From contig OZ244207.1 of assembly GCA_965216875.1 (NCBI GenBank), positions 2,624,001-2,688,000 of the forward strand: a stretch of 64,000 nt of DNA. The letters are read 5' to 3'. The notes beneath the pieces are model-generated. The model searched no databases, had not been told where the DNA came from, and was given only the letters and a program-made list of their open reading frames with translations. The position numbers and the translations under genes are program-made. Source of the DNA: Rubripirellula sp. GTDB taxonomy: Bacteria; Planctomycetota; Planctomycetia; Pirellulales; Pirellulaceae. This document shows positions 8,691 through 19,123 of the stretch, one piece after another. The number at the start of each line of letters is the position of its first letter. Position 1 is the first letter of the stretch.

Positions 8691-10972
8691 ATGAGGCTTC
8701 GTCCACCGAACCGAGCAAGCGTTCCTTTGATCCATTGCTGATCGCAACCGGTCTGCTCGGCGGCCTTTATGTCTATTTGACGTATTACCCAAGCGATTCC
8801 GTCTCCGTCGAAGACGGCGACGGGCTTTGCGGTGCGCTGGTGGCCATCGCCATGGCGACCTTCGCGATCGGCGGAACCGCCTCGAAGTTCATTGCCAACC
8901 GCGATTCGGCAGGAACCGAAACGGAGGAATCGGTTGGCACCAGTCAATCGTCGCGTTGGTTGGATTGGACCGTGTGGGCTCTCGCCGTCTGGATGATGAT
9001 CGCGGCATTCGGATCATCGCCGCCTGGGAATCTGAGGTCCGCCACCAACGAAGCGTGGATCTGGTTGGCAGGCGCGGCCGCCATCACCGGCGCTCGACGT
9101 GTGTTGTCCAAAAAGGCAACAAGGCAAACCCTGCTGCTACTGATGACCGTTTGCGGGACAGGTTTGGCCGTCCACGGCTTTCATCAAAACTACTTCAGCC
9201 TGCCAGCACAACGAGCGGAATACCGCGAAGACCCTGAACGCATCCTTGCCTTGATAGGAATCGATGCGCCACCAGGATCCGCTGAACGCATGGTGTTTGA
9301 AAACCGTCTCTACGACGGCGGTCCAACCGGCACCTTTGCACTTGCAAATTCGTTGGCCGCCATCTTGCTGACCTCGGCGATCATCGCGCTCGGCATGCTC
9401 CGCTTTCACTATGCCGCAATGGACTGGCCAACGCGTGTCGCCTGGGGGATCGCGTTCCTCTTATGCGCAGGCTGCTTGATCGCAACGCGAAGCCGAACGG
9501 CGGTCGTCGCACTCGTCTTCGCTGCAATCATCACCTTCATCGTTGGCTCTCGGCTGCGCCAAACGCAAGCCAAGGGCCTCATGATCGGACTTGCGCTGAT
9601 CGTTGCCGTTTCCATCATCGGCGTGGTGGGAATCGCAACGCTGGGGAATCCCGAATGGTTCGAGGAAGCGCCAGCTTCGCTTGCCTTTCGATTCCAGTAT
9701 TGGCGTTCAACAATGCAGATGGTTTTGGACCGTCCACTCTTCGGCGCTGGCCCTGGCAACTTCCAAGCGATCTACGACCAATACCGTGAACCGAGTGCGA
9801 ATGAACAGATCGCCGAACCACATAATTTTGTGTTCGAGACGGTTGGCAGTGGCGGCTTGATCGCGCTGTTGATCTTGCTTGCAACGATGGCCATTGCCGC
9901 TGCCAACGCGCTGTTCAGGTTCAAAGGGCATGAGGACGATGCCCAAAACTGGGACGCAAAAGAAAGCCGATGGTTGTGGCTAGGCGCCCTCCTCGCTTTC
10001 GCATTGGTCTGGCTCATTGGCCTGGCGGTCCTGATGACACCTGATCTCATTGCCAACCTGTTCGCCGTACCAACGGCCGTGTTTCTGGCAATCGTGCTTG
10101 TCCCCTCCATGCTCACGTTGCGTTCACGAGACGGCGACTGGATCGTCGCGATCTCACTGCTTGCATTGCTGCTTCACCTGACCGTATCAGGAGGATGGAC
10201 GATCCCTGGCGTCGCCATGGTTGTCTGGTTGCTCACCGCAAGCTTAACGCGAATCGAGAGGGTTGAATCGAATTCCAAAAACCTGCTTCGCATGCCCGGC
10301 CTCGCCGTGACTGTCGTGGGACTGATCCTGCTTGGAAGCCTCTACCTGGTGTCCTACAGACCGGTTCAATCGCGGGAGACGGCGGTCGCCAAAGCCTTCT
10401 ACGCCCAGAACAGCGGACAGGTCGGACAAGCCAAGGCATCCTTTGCTCAAGCAATCGAAGCAGATCCGTGGTCGCCTGAGCCGACGCTTTGGCTGGCGGA
10501 CCTGCACCGGGTCGAGCTTGTCAGCAGCTGGGATCGCCCGCAAACGAGGGCTCAGTGGGAACGACTCCTCGAGCAGACCAAAGAGCGCGGGGGCGAGTCA
10601 CCGTCGCTGTATCGCATGATCGGAGCGCAACAACTGCACATCTACCAGCGGTACGGGAAACGCAAAGATCTCGATGCTGCGACGAAAACCTTTTCGGACG
10701 CAGCCTCGTGGAGTCCCGCGAGCCAATGGCTGGCTGCCCAAATGGCTGTCATCGCCGAAGCGCAAGGGGACCTCGACCAAGCAAAGATCCAGGCCCAGAA
10801 GGCGGAAAACCTCTCGAAACTCGGCTCAAACATCGAACGTTCGCTCGACCGCCAACAGATCTACGTGCCCAAGCCACTGGGGCAATTAGCCCGCCGGGGC
10901 CCCATTCGCCGCCCCGCTTCCGAGTTGCTATCGAACCAAATCGGTGCAGGCGACGTAGACGGGGAAAAATAG
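8687..10972 (+). CDS. O-antigen ligase / oligosaccharyltransferase (Wzy_C) family protein with helical TPR-like C-terminus
   Basis: Polytopic; TFALANSLA, TRSRTA, RFQYW, PLFGAGPGNF and EPHN motifs; GTGA overlap with the upstream gene. Confidence 0.85.
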   Translation: MNEASSTEPSKRSFDPLLIATGLLGGLYVYLTYYPSDSVSVEDGDGLCGALVAIAMATFAIGGTASKFIANRDSAGTETEESVGTSQSSRWLDWTVWALAVWMMIAAFGSSPPGNLRSATNEAWIWLAGAAAITGARRVLSKKATRQTLLLLMTVCGTGLAVHGFHQNYFSLPAQRAEYREDPERILALIGIDAPPGSAERMVFENRLYDGGPTGTFALANSLAAILLTSAIIALGMLRFHYAAMDWPTRVAWGIAFLLCAGCLIATRSRTAVVALVFAAIITFIVGSRLRQTQAKGLMIGLALIVAVSIIGVVGIATLGNPEWFEEAPASLAFRFQYWRSTMQMVLDRPLFGAGPGNFQAIYDQYREPSANEQIAEPHNFVFETVGSGGLIALLILLATMAIAAANALFRFKGHEDDAQNWDAKESRWLWLGALLAFALVWLIGLAVLMTPDLIANLFAVPTAVFLAIVLVPSMLTLRSRDGDWIVAISLLALLLHLTVSGGWTIPGVAMVVWLLTASLTRIERVESNSKNLLRMPGLAVTVVGLILLGSLYLVSYRPVQSRETAVAKAFYAQNSGQVGQAKASFAQAIEADPWSPEPTLWLADLHRVELVSSWDRPQTRAQWERLLEQTKERGGESPSLYRMIGAQQLHIYQRYGKRKDLDAATKTFSDAASWSPASQWLAAQMAVIAEAQGDLDQAKIQAQKAENLSKLGSNIERSLDRQQIYVPKPLGQLARRGPIRRPASELLSNQIGAGDVDGEK

Positions 10973-11107
10973 TGCCGGATTAGGTTTTTCCTCGATGACC
11001 AGGGCTTCTCCTGGATCGGGGCTTCCCCTGCCCACGACGTTGCCGCAAACTGCGCCCCAGCCCTCGTCGTCGATTCTCGGCCTGCCTTTATCGATTTGGA
11101 TTCAAAC

Positions 11108-12370
11108 GTGAACAAGTTCGTTTTGTGCATTATTGTTGCCATCGTCGCCGGCGTCGGCTCGGGATGGGGTGTGAACTACAAGCGGTACGCCCACCGGACT
11201 GGCCGATTCGGACCCTTTGAGATGGAGGGTGGAGTCGCCCCGAAGGATGCGTTGGCACAGCTCGACAAACAGGTGCCGAACAAACAGGGGCGTGTTGAGA
11301 TGCCTGGCGGTTCGGATCACGACTTCGGCACGATGACGCCCAACGAAAAGGGCGAGCACATCTTCCTTGTCAAGAACGTCGGCGACGGCGATCTGAATCT
11401 CCGCATCGGTGCTTCAACCTGCAAGTGCACCTTGGGCTCACTCAAACGCGACGTCTTGGCCCCGGGCGAAGAAGCCGAAGTCAAACTTGAATGGGAGATC
11501 AAGACGCACGAGGCCGAGTTCAAACAATCAGCCCAGCTTCTGACGAATGACCCCAACCAGGTCGCAATCAACCTAAACATCCACGGCACGGTGGTTCGAG
11601 ACGTTGCCCGAGTTCCCAATGAATGGTCGTTCGGCGAGGTTGCCGCCGGCGATCCCATCGAACTCAACGGACGTTTCTACAACTACATGGAGGAGCGGAT
11701 CGTCGCGAGAACACCGACGTTCAACGACGAAGAGATCGACGCACTTTGCGATTTCGAGGTGACCGAATACACCCCCAGCGAAGCCAAAGACGGCGCCTAC
11801 GGAAACGCCAAGCAAGCTTTCGAAGTCAAGGTCGTTATCAAAGGTGGCCTGCGACAAGGCGCACTCTCTCGCAACTTTGGATTCACCTTCGAGAAAGTCG
11901 ACGACGAAGGCAACGTGATCGCTCCCGAGGAAGGAAAAGGGGACAGCGAGTATTACGTGTTGACCAAAACAACCGGTCGCATCATTGGAAAACTCGGCCT
12001 GCTTCCCAGTTCCCGTGTTCAAGGGTCAACCGGAGGCGGTTTCGTCTTCGACTTTGGCAAACGTGCCGCAGACGGCGACCTGACGGAAAAAACCTTTGTT
12101 GTGCTCAAAGGCGAGGAACGCGAGAATACCAACCTTCGAATCGGGACCATCGAACCAGAAGGCGTCATCAAAGCCACCCTCGGCGAGCCCAAGGGTCGCG
12201 GTTCGATGACCCTGTTCCCGCTCGAAATCGAGCTCAAACCTGGTGAAAAGAAAATTGCCCGGATGGGCAAAAACGCCGACGACTACGGCAATATTTGGAT
12301 CGAATCGGACAACCCCAAAGTCACCAAGATGCGCATCGCGGTGAAGTTCGAAGTCGGACCTCGTGAATAG
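11108..12370 (+). CDS. DUF1573-like Ig-fold exported protein
   Basis: N-terminal anchor; HDFG...F.VKNVGDGDL...STCKCT...LAPGE signature. Confidence 0.75.
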   Translation: MNKFVLCIIVAIVAGVGSGWGVNYKRYAHRTGRFGPFEMEGGVAPKDALAQLDKQVPNKQGRVEMPGGSDHDFGTMTPNEKGEHIFLVKNVGDGDLNLRIGASTCKCTLGSLKRDVLAPGEEAEVKLEWEIKTHEAEFKQSAQLLTNDPNQVAINLNIHGTVVRDVARVPNEWSFGEVAAGDPIELNGRFYNYMEERIVARTPTFNDEEIDALCDFEVTEYTPSEAKDGAYGNAKQAFEVKVVIKGGLRQGALSRNFGFTFEKVDDEGNVIAPEEGKGDSEYYVLTKTTGRIIGKLGLLPSSRVQGSTGGGFVFDFGKRAADGDLTEKTFVVLKGEERENTNLRIGTIEPEGVIKATLGEPKGRGSMTLFPLEIELKPGEKKIARMGKNADDYGNIWIESDNPKVTKMRIAVKFEVGPRE

Positions 12371-12437
12371 ATTTCTGCCATCAAGCAACTCGGACAATGG
12401 ACACCGACTTGTCGATGGCAACACAAAGGACAGATCC

Positions 12438-14171
12438 ATGCGTGATCGGAAACGGATTTTCTTGCTCCCAACCTTGTGCGTCACGATGGCGTCACTGGTT
12501 TGGTTTGCGGGTTGCTCGCAGGCCCCATCGCCTGACGTGCAAGCCGAAGCATCTTTGAAAAAGCCGGGAACAGGTCCGACGGCCGCGGACGCTCTGGCTG
12601 GCGAGACCATTGCGCCTCCAGAACTCGGAGACATCGCGGGCGCCACGGCTTCCTATCAAGTCAACGGTGATACGCTCGTTCAAACCGTCGCTGACGAGGG
12701 CGCGGAAGTCGTTCCCACACCGAAGGGCAAAGAACTCGTTCCCGCTCCCGATGGCAAGAAAGACGAGCCCGGCGACATCGGTGAACCCGAGGACTACAAC
12801 TCTTGGGAAAAACCAGCCGTCGCTCTCTTTCTAACCGGCCAACAACACGGCTACATCGAACCTTGCGGCTGCACCGGGCTCGACAAACAAAAAGGCGGCA
12901 TGGCGCGTCGTTTCACTTTCATGAAACAACTTCGCGACAAGGGCTGGGACCTACTGCCGCTTGATGGTGGAAACCAAGTCAGACGGTTTGGCCGTCAATC
13001 CGAAATCAAGCTGCAACAAACCGCGCGTGCCCTGCACGAAATGGATTACTACTCGGTTGGCTTCGGCCCAGACGACCTGCGACTTGGTGTCGGAGAACTG
13101 CTTTCGGTCGCTGCCGGCGAATCGGAAGAGGAGATGATTTTTGTTTCCTCGAACGTGGTTCTGGTCGACCGCGAGTTCACGCCCGACTACCGCGTGATCA
13201 AAAAGGGTGGGCTCAAAATTGGCGTGACCACGATTCTCGATCCCGAAGAACTGACCGTGCCCGTTGGTGATGAAATCATCGTCGATGACCCCAACGCTTC
13301 ATTGCGTGCCACGTTCGAAAAGATGCGAATCGAAAACCCCGATTTCACCATCGTCACGTTTTTTGGCAAAGAAGAGCGAGCCAAGCTCCTGATGCAAAAC
13401 GTGGTCGGTTTCGATCTCATCGTTGTCGCCGGCGGTTACGGCGAACCGATGTACAAGCCCGCACCGATCAAACGCAGCACCGCGAAGATGATCCTGACGG
13501 GCAACAAGGGAATGTATGCCGGAGTCGTCGGCGTCTATCCCGACAAGTCGTACAAGTACGCCCGCGTCCCGCTGACGCACGAATTTGAAGATGCCCCCGA
13601 AATGCGAAAACTGATGTCCGACTACCAGGATCAATTGCGCGATCTGGGGCTCTCTTCCTTGGGCGTTGAACCGATCCCTCATCCAACGGGGCGCAAGTTC
13701 GTTGGCAGCAAGAAATGCGGCGAGTGCCACACCACGGCGTATGACATTTGGGAAGGCTCGGCTCACTTCGAAGCAACCGAACACATCGTCAAGCCTCCTA
13801 AAGAACGAGGCGACATTGCCCGTCACTTCGATCCCGAGTGCATCAGTTGTCACGTCACTGGCTGGAACCCACAAAACTACTATCCGTACGCAAGCGGGTA
13901 CCTTTCGCTCGAGGCGAGCCAACACTTGCTTGGCAATGGCTGCGAAAACTGCCATGGTCCCGGCGCGGAACACTCCGCTGCCGAAGCCGAGGGCTCGGGC
14001 GCAACCGATGACCTGCTGGCTGAACTGCGCGATCAAATGAAACTGTCGCTCGAGAACGCGCGCGAAAAGTGCATGGAATGCCACGACTTGGACAACAGCC
14101 CTGACTTTCATCAGGACGATGCGTTCGAAGACGAGTATTGGCCCGAAATCGAACACTACGGCTTGGACTAG
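12438..14171 (+). CDS. Lipoprotein: degenerate 5'-nucleotidase-like domain plus tetraheme cytochrome c (c554/c552-like)
   Basis: Lipobox FAGC; HGYIEPCGC...GGMARR; four CxxCH (CGECH, CISCH, CENCH, CMECH). Confidence 0.85.
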   Translation: MRDRKRIFLLPTLCVTMASLVWFAGCSQAPSPDVQAEASLKKPGTGPTAADALAGETIAPPELGDIAGATASYQVNGDTLVQTVADEGAEVVPTPKGKELVPAPDGKKDEPGDIGEPEDYNSWEKPAVALFLTGQQHGYIEPCGCTGLDKQKGGMARRFTFMKQLRDKGWDLLPLDGGNQVRRFGRQSEIKLQQTARALHEMDYYSVGFGPDDLRLGVGELLSVAAGESEEEMIFVSSNVVLVDREFTPDYRVIKKGGLKIGVTTILDPEELTVPVGDEIIVDDPNASLRATFEKMRIENPDFTIVTFFGKEERAKLLMQNVVGFDLIVVAGGYGEPMYKPAPIKRSTAKMILTGNKGMYAGVVGVYPDKSYKYARVPLTHEFEDAPEMRKLMSDYQDQLRDLGLSSLGVEPIPHPTGRKFVGSKKCGECHTTAYDIWEGSAHFEATEHIVKPPKERGDIARHFDPECISCHVTGWNPQNYYPYASGYLSLEASQHLLGNGCENCHGPGAEHSAAEAEGSGATDDLLAELRDQMKLSLENAREKCMECHDLDNSPDFHQDDAFEDEYWPEIEHYGLD

Positions 14172-14210
14172 CGCTTGACACAAGCTGGCAAGCCGTCAAT
14201 CGCGTTGCGT

Positions 14211-14528
14211 TTAGTTGCGTATTTGATCCCTGCGGTAGCGAATTGGACTCACTCCCATTTTTCGCCGGAACGCCACGGACAGACACTCCTGACTCTGGAA
14301 TCCCGTTCGGACCGCAAATTGGGTCGCCGTCAAATCGGTTTCTCGCAGCAATTGGCAAACGCGTTCCATCCGTTGGTGATTGATTTCTTCGTGGATGTTT
14401 CGACCGACAAACTGCCGAAACCGAATTTCCAACGCACGTCGTGAAACGGGCACCTCGTCCAGGATGTCCTTCACCTTGATGCCAACGCGCGAGTTGCCCC
14501 CAAACTCCTGCCCTTGCGTCCTCCGCAC
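14211..14528 (-). pseudogene. Isolated AraC-type HTH (XylR C-terminal-like); remnant or stand-alone regulator
   Basis: GIKVKDILDEVPVSRRALEIRF...LLRETDL...GF...FRRKMGVSPIRYR; no sensor domain in frame. Confidence 0.6.
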
Positions 14529-14775
14529 GCTTCGTGGTGATTCGCACCAACCTGAATACGCTTTTCTAGTGCGCGCAAAAAGGAGTCTAAGTAGAGCAAC
14601 CGCAGACCGACACGAATGAACGCAGATACCGCGACTCTCGAACAGCGTTCATCCACGTCGATCGGCGGTCGTCAAACCTCCGCACCTCATCGCAACATCG
14701 ATTTCTCGGACTGCAGCGAATTGGCTCGTGCACGGATTCCGAACAGATCGCGATGTGACGGATAATTTCTCTACG

Positions 14776-14814
14776 AAAAAAGCCACGCTGGGAATCGCAT
14801 CCCAGCGTGGCTTT
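14776..14814 (-). terminator. Intrinsic terminator of the wza-like gene
   Basis: Perfect 15-bp stem AAAGCCACGCTGGGA / TCCCAGCGTGGCTTT, 6-nt loop, T6 tract on the minus strand. Confidence 0.85.
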
Positions 14815-14841
14815 CTATTCTTTGAATTAGGTCCTGCCGGC

Positions 14842-16185
14842 TTAGCGACCGCGAAGCAGTTCGGCGATACCGAAGGTGAAGAAGGTACCGATACCGAAGT
14901 TAAGTAGCTCTTCTTCGCACTTGTATTGAAGGATCAATGTGTCGCCTGCTTGCACCAATGGTCTTGCTCGTGGATCGTTGACCGCCTCTGCCAAGTCGAC
15001 TTCGATCGCAATTTGTCCGTTGCAACGAGTCTTACGAAGGACGTAGAGCTTTCCTGGTGGCACGCTTGTGAAGCCGCCGCCGATGCCGCCACTTTGACCA
15101 CGGTTGTTTTGGCTACCGACAACGCCTTGCCCAGCGATTGCCATCGCACCGAGGACGTCAAGGTCATAGTCACGTGGCAGTGGGAACTCGCCGCCCTGGA
15201 GCAATCCACCGGTGTAGAACACTTCGGTCTCTCGGTTTTCGATGTAGACGATGTCACCATCCTGCAGCTCGACATCCTCAGCCGAAAGATCAGGAATCAC
15301 ACCTGGCTTGACTCGCAACGGAATCCTCAGAATCGACGGATCGTCTGGAAGTTCCGGAGGGCAAACACATGGGTCATGGGAAGCACATTCTTGCTGGGCC
15401 CAGAAAGCTTGCATGAATTGTGCCCGTTTACGTTGGTCGGCTTGCGAAGCTCGCAAAACCTTCACTTCGTTCTTGGCATTGAGCCCAGGCAGACCACCGG
15501 TTTGAACCAGAGCGTGCAAGATGTCGTTTTGGTATGCAGGTAGTTTGACCAACGAACCTGCAGCCGAACGATCATCGTACCGCGTGTTTGCACCACCATC
15601 GCCGCCGACTCCACCAGCGTCTTCACGCACCACGATGATGTCGTAGGTTCGCTCCTTGATCAGCGTGACGATCGGACGAGCTTTTTCGGGACGCAGAATA
15701 TCGTTGTCGATGTAGGCGTCGCGAATCGCGTCTCGGACCTGCTCGAGCGTCAAACCATCGACATCGAGTGGTTCGATCAGCGGAAGCGAAAGCGTACCGT
15801 CGTCCTGGACCGCGATTGGATAACCGATCGACGGAGGCAACGTGCTTTCCGCATCCGGGAAGTTCACTGGCGGCGGCTCGGGCGGAGCGTTCGGCGGGTT
15901 GAAGGGAAGAACACCTTCAACGTAGACACCGAGAATATCACCACCCGAGATTTGGTAGTCACGGGGCGGCTCTACCGTAAGCAACGAGATGTCGATAGGC
16001 ACCAAGTCGTTCTTGGGCTCAGCAAAGAACTCTGAAGGAACGCGCCTCGCTGGAACACCATCGATTGGTTGCGTCAGTGTTGAGCAACCGGTCGCAGCCG
16101 TTACCACCAGACCTGTGGCCACGGCAGTCACAGCGTTGCGCAGCATCCGAGCTGCTCGCTTGCCGACTGAAAGTTTCGTTCTCAT
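14842..16185 (-). CDS. Polysaccharide biosynthesis/export (Wza-like OPX) lipoprotein
   Basis: Lipobox ATGC; YQISGGDILGV, VQDDGTLSLPLI and GLTLEQ (Poly_export); SLBB-like LQDGDIVYI. Confidence 0.85.
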   Translation of the reverse strand: MRTKLSVGKRAARMLRNAVTAVATGLVVTAATGCSTLTQPIDGVPARRVPSEFFAEPKNDLVPIDISLLTVEPPRDYQISGGDILGVYVEGVLPFNPPNAPPEPPPVNFPDAESTLPPSIGYPIAVQDDGTLSLPLIEPLDVDGLTLEQVRDAIRDAYIDNDILRPEKARPIVTLIKERTYDIIVVREDAGGVGGDGGANTRYDDRSAAGSLVKLPAYQNDILHALVQTGGLPGLNAKNEVKVLRASQADQRKRAQFMQAFWAQQECASHDPCVCPPELPDDPSILRIPLRVKPGVIPDLSAEDVELQDGDIVYIENRETEVFYTGGLLQGGEFPLPRDYDLDVLGAMAIAGQGVVGSQNNRGQSGGIGGGFTSVPPGKLYVLRKTRCNGQIAIEVDLAEAVNDPRARPLVQAGDTLILQYKCEEELLNFGIGTFFTFGIAELLRGR

Positions 16186-16256
16186 CCCTGAACTCTCTTC
16201 CTAAGACCCAAATATGGATTGCGTCGCTTGCCGCTTCCCGCGACCAGCTGTGTTGA

Positions 16257-17210
16257 TTATTCGAAGGTAAACGGAAGCTCGTCGCCCGTCTCTTGATTAT
16301 CGCTTGTGATGGGTGCGAACATTTCTACGGCACCGGTATCGGCGATGTTGGTTTCGATTGGCCCTGGCTCAACTCGCTTGGCAACATCAAAACGGGAAAC
16401 CAACTCATCGTTCGATTGATTGGTTTGCGTAAAGTCCTGGCTATCCACGGGGGTGCTAAACACCGCTTCTGGAATTGGCGGGACGATTTCCTCTGCCTCG
16501 GTCGGATGACCATGATTCAGATCGACCGGCCCCTCCTGAATGATCTCCCCGGGTACAGGTTGACCATCTGGGTAGAAGGGATTGGGCTGACCTTCGACAG
16601 CTTCTCCGTCAACCGGAAAGACTGCGACGGGCTTCGGTGTGAAGGCGGATGAGGAGCGGATTTCTTGGAAGTGTCCGATCCCAGCTTGCTCGGCTGCCTT
16701 GACACCCATCGGATATCCGGCAAACCAGTTGTTAACAGTTTGCTGCCCTTGGGCCGACTGGTATCGCCATCCCCAATAGGCTTGTGGTGCGATGTTTGGC
16801 GTGCAGCCAGGACCTCCCGATGCAACCTCAATGTATCCCGCTTCAAAGCCTTCGCGGAATCCGGGTTGATCGCCACAACGGAACATGTGCTTTTGGCAAT
16901 GCCATGCCTTGGCAGCCATCGCTTTGTTGCGATAGTCAATCATGAACTCGTCGATACAATCAGACTTATTGATCGCCTGACTGAGACCTTTGAACATCGT
17001 GCACCCAGTTGAGCCGGTGACGGCAAAACCTAGTACGGTGGCAGCAAAAATTCGTCGCATCATGCGACGCTGGCGACGTCGAGCGTCGGTGTTCGATTCT
17101 GGTGCGTCTGACGCACGTTTTGAACGAATCGCCATCTGGCCCCCCTTGGCAGCAACGGCATTCGGTGGAGTTCTAGTCATGCAAGTCGTACGGGTTGTGC
17201 TGGTTAGCAC
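16257..17210 (-). CDS. Hypothetical lipoprotein, probably co-transcribed with the wza-like gene (start uncertain)
   Basis: Arg-rich n-region, STGC lipobox, GFREGFEAGY motif, acidic low-complexity tail. Confidence 0.65.
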   Translation of the reverse strand: MLTSTTRTTCMTRTPPNAVAAKGGQMAIRSKRASDAPESNTDARRRQRRMMRRIFAATVLGFAVTGSTGCTMFKGLSQAINKSDCIDEFMIDYRNKAMAAKAWHCQKHMFRCGDQPGFREGFEAGYIEVASGGPGCTPNIAPQAYWGWRYQSAQGQQTVNNWFAGYPMGVKAAEQAGIGHFQEIRSSSAFTPKPVAVFPVDGEAVEGQPNPFYPDGQPVPGEIIQEGPVDLNHGHPTEAEEIVPPIPEAVFSTPVDSQDFTQTNQSNDELVSRFDVAKRVEPGPIETNIADTGAVEMFAPITSDNQETGDELPFTFE

Positions 17211-17584
17211 CCCGCTCTGGCATCTTTATCGCCGCATCAGCCTTCCGGGATTAGTCAAAAGTGCGGGAAGTTCCAGCTGTAGCGATTTTGACGACCATTC
17301 GACGGCTAGCGATCGCTTGCCCTATGCCGGTCGCAAAGGCGGAGATGAGGGCGCAAACCATCGCAAATCGTGAAAACATGGCTAATTTTCGAGATAACCC
17401 GTATTGAGCTGGAACTCGACTTCTATACTGCGGATCTACACATAACGAACTGATTTGGTGAACAGGATGCCAGCTGAAATGCCCCTTCAGCGCTGAGTGC
17501 ACCCCGGGTCCGACAGCATCTTCTGAGGCTGCACAGAGCCCCCAGCCACCCAGGCTTCGCTTTTCTCGTTGATTTCATTCCTAG

Positions 17585-19123
17585 ATGATGACTTGGTTGA
17601 CAGCGGTATCTTTCGCGCTCTCTTTGGTCGCAGCATTGGTCTTCGTTCCAGTGGTGCGTTCAGCAGCCGTCGCGCTGGGGATCGTCGATCAGCCTGACCG
17701 AGACCGAAAGCTGCAACGACGCCCCGTTGCGCTTGGCGGTGGCTTGGCGGTTTTCATGGCACTGACGGCTGCCTTCATTGGGACGATCTGGTTTGACCGC
17801 AACTTCATCAATCAAACGCTTGGCGAAGTCGACAGCAACTGGTTTGTCCTGTTCGGTGCCGCCGCTGCGATGCTACTTGTCGGGCTTGTCGACGACGCCT
17901 GGACTCTACGCGGACGCCAGAAGCTGTTGCTTCAGTTTTTGATCATCAGCGTTCTCGTCGGAAACGGTACGCTCATCGATGAACTTTCTATCTTGGGTAT
18001 GGAGTTCCATCTCGGATTCCTCGCCGTTCCAGTGACCATTGTCTGGTTGATCCTGTCGGTCAATGCGCTCAACCTGATCGACGGTGCTGACGGCATGGCA
18101 ACGACGGCCGGGTGCATCATTTGTACCGGGTTTGGCGTTCTTAGCCTTCGCGGCGATCCGTCACTTACTCCGATCATGGCTTTCGCGCTCGCTGGAGCCC
18201 TGCTCGGTTTCCTCGTTTTCAACCGCCCGCCTGCAAGTATTTACCTTGGGGACGCGGGCAGCATGGCGATCGGACTTTGCGTCGGTGTGCTTGCGGTTTG
18301 GAGTAGCGTCAAGGAATCGACAGTACTTGCGTCAGCGCCGGTTGCCATTCTAGCCATTCCACTTTTTGACTCGACCGCAGCGATACTAAGACGTTGGCTC
18401 ACCGGTCGCAGCATTTACACGACCGATCGAGCCCACCTTCACCACCTGCTTCAGGAGAGATACGGGCCGGTTAAGATGCTGCTGGTGGTTGCGGTTCTTT
18501 GCGGGACCACGACGTCGCTGGCTGTTCTTTCGGTCGTCCTTCACCAACCTTGGCTCTGTATCGTTGGTGTCATCCTTGTGTTGGCATTGCTGATTCTTAC
18601 CCGCTCGTTTGGGCATGCCGAATTCCGGTTGCTCGTTGGCCGCGCTACCCACTTTGCTCAGTCGTTTGCCACGGCACCTCGACACCACCGAAGACTCGCC
18701 TTACAAGGCTCTGGCAACTGGGAAACGATCTGGGAACCACTCGTTGCATTCGCCAAGAATCATGATCTGTCGAAGATCAAAATCGATCTAAACTTGTCAT
18801 GGATCCAAGAAGGCTACCACGCCATGTGGCAAAGCAACCATCTTCCCGAAAAGACGCGCCAGCTGAGTATCAGCTTGCCGTTCTTTACGACGAGGTCCGA
18901 TGGCTCCCAAATGCAAATCGGCCGCCTCGAGATCATAGCTCATGCGACCGACCAGTCCGTTTACCAGCAGGTGGCTTCGCTGGCAGACATGCTCGAAGAC
19001 CTGGGGCCCCAAATCGATGTGATCGTTGGCAAACTTGAGCAGCAACGCGGGGCAGCGTCCGCCGCGACGCCCATTGCGGAAGACAACGGTGCCCGCCAAC
19101 CGATGACCGCTTCTTCAAGCTGA
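17585..19123 (+). CDS. Second MraY/WecA family initiating transferase with soluble C-terminal extension
   Basis: DQPDRDRKLQ, LGGGLA, GLVDD, NALNLIDGADG, IYLGDAGS and DRAHLHHLL motifs. Confidence 0.9.
   Translation: MMTWLTAVSFALSLVAALVFVPVVRSAAVALGIVDQPDRDRKLQRRPVALGGGLAVFMALTAAFIGTIWFDRNFINQTLGEVDSNWFVLFGAAAAMLLVGLVDDAWTLRGRQKLLLQFLIISVLVGNGTLIDELSILGMEFHLGFLAVPVTIVWLILSVNALNLIDGADGMATTAGCIICTGFGVLSLRGDPSLTPIMAFALAGALLGFLVFNRPPASIYLGDAGSMAIGLCVGVLAVWSSVKESTVLASAPVAILAIPLFDSTAAILRRWLTGRSIYTTDRAHLHHLLQERYGPVKMLLVVAVLCGTTTSLAVLSVVLHQPWLCIVGVILVLALLILTRSFGHAEFRLLVGRATHFAQSFATAPRHHRRLALQGSGNWETIWEPLVAFAKNHDLSKIKIDLNLSWIQEGYHAMWQSNHLPEKTRQLSISLPFFTTRSDGSQMQIGRLEIIAHATDQSVYQQVASLADMLEDLGPQIDVIVGKLEQQRGAASAATPIAEDNGARQPMTASSS

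Noticed and set aside
12861..12872. Selenocysteine in the EPCGC motif
   Set aside because: Both Cys codons are TGC; there is no in-frame TGA
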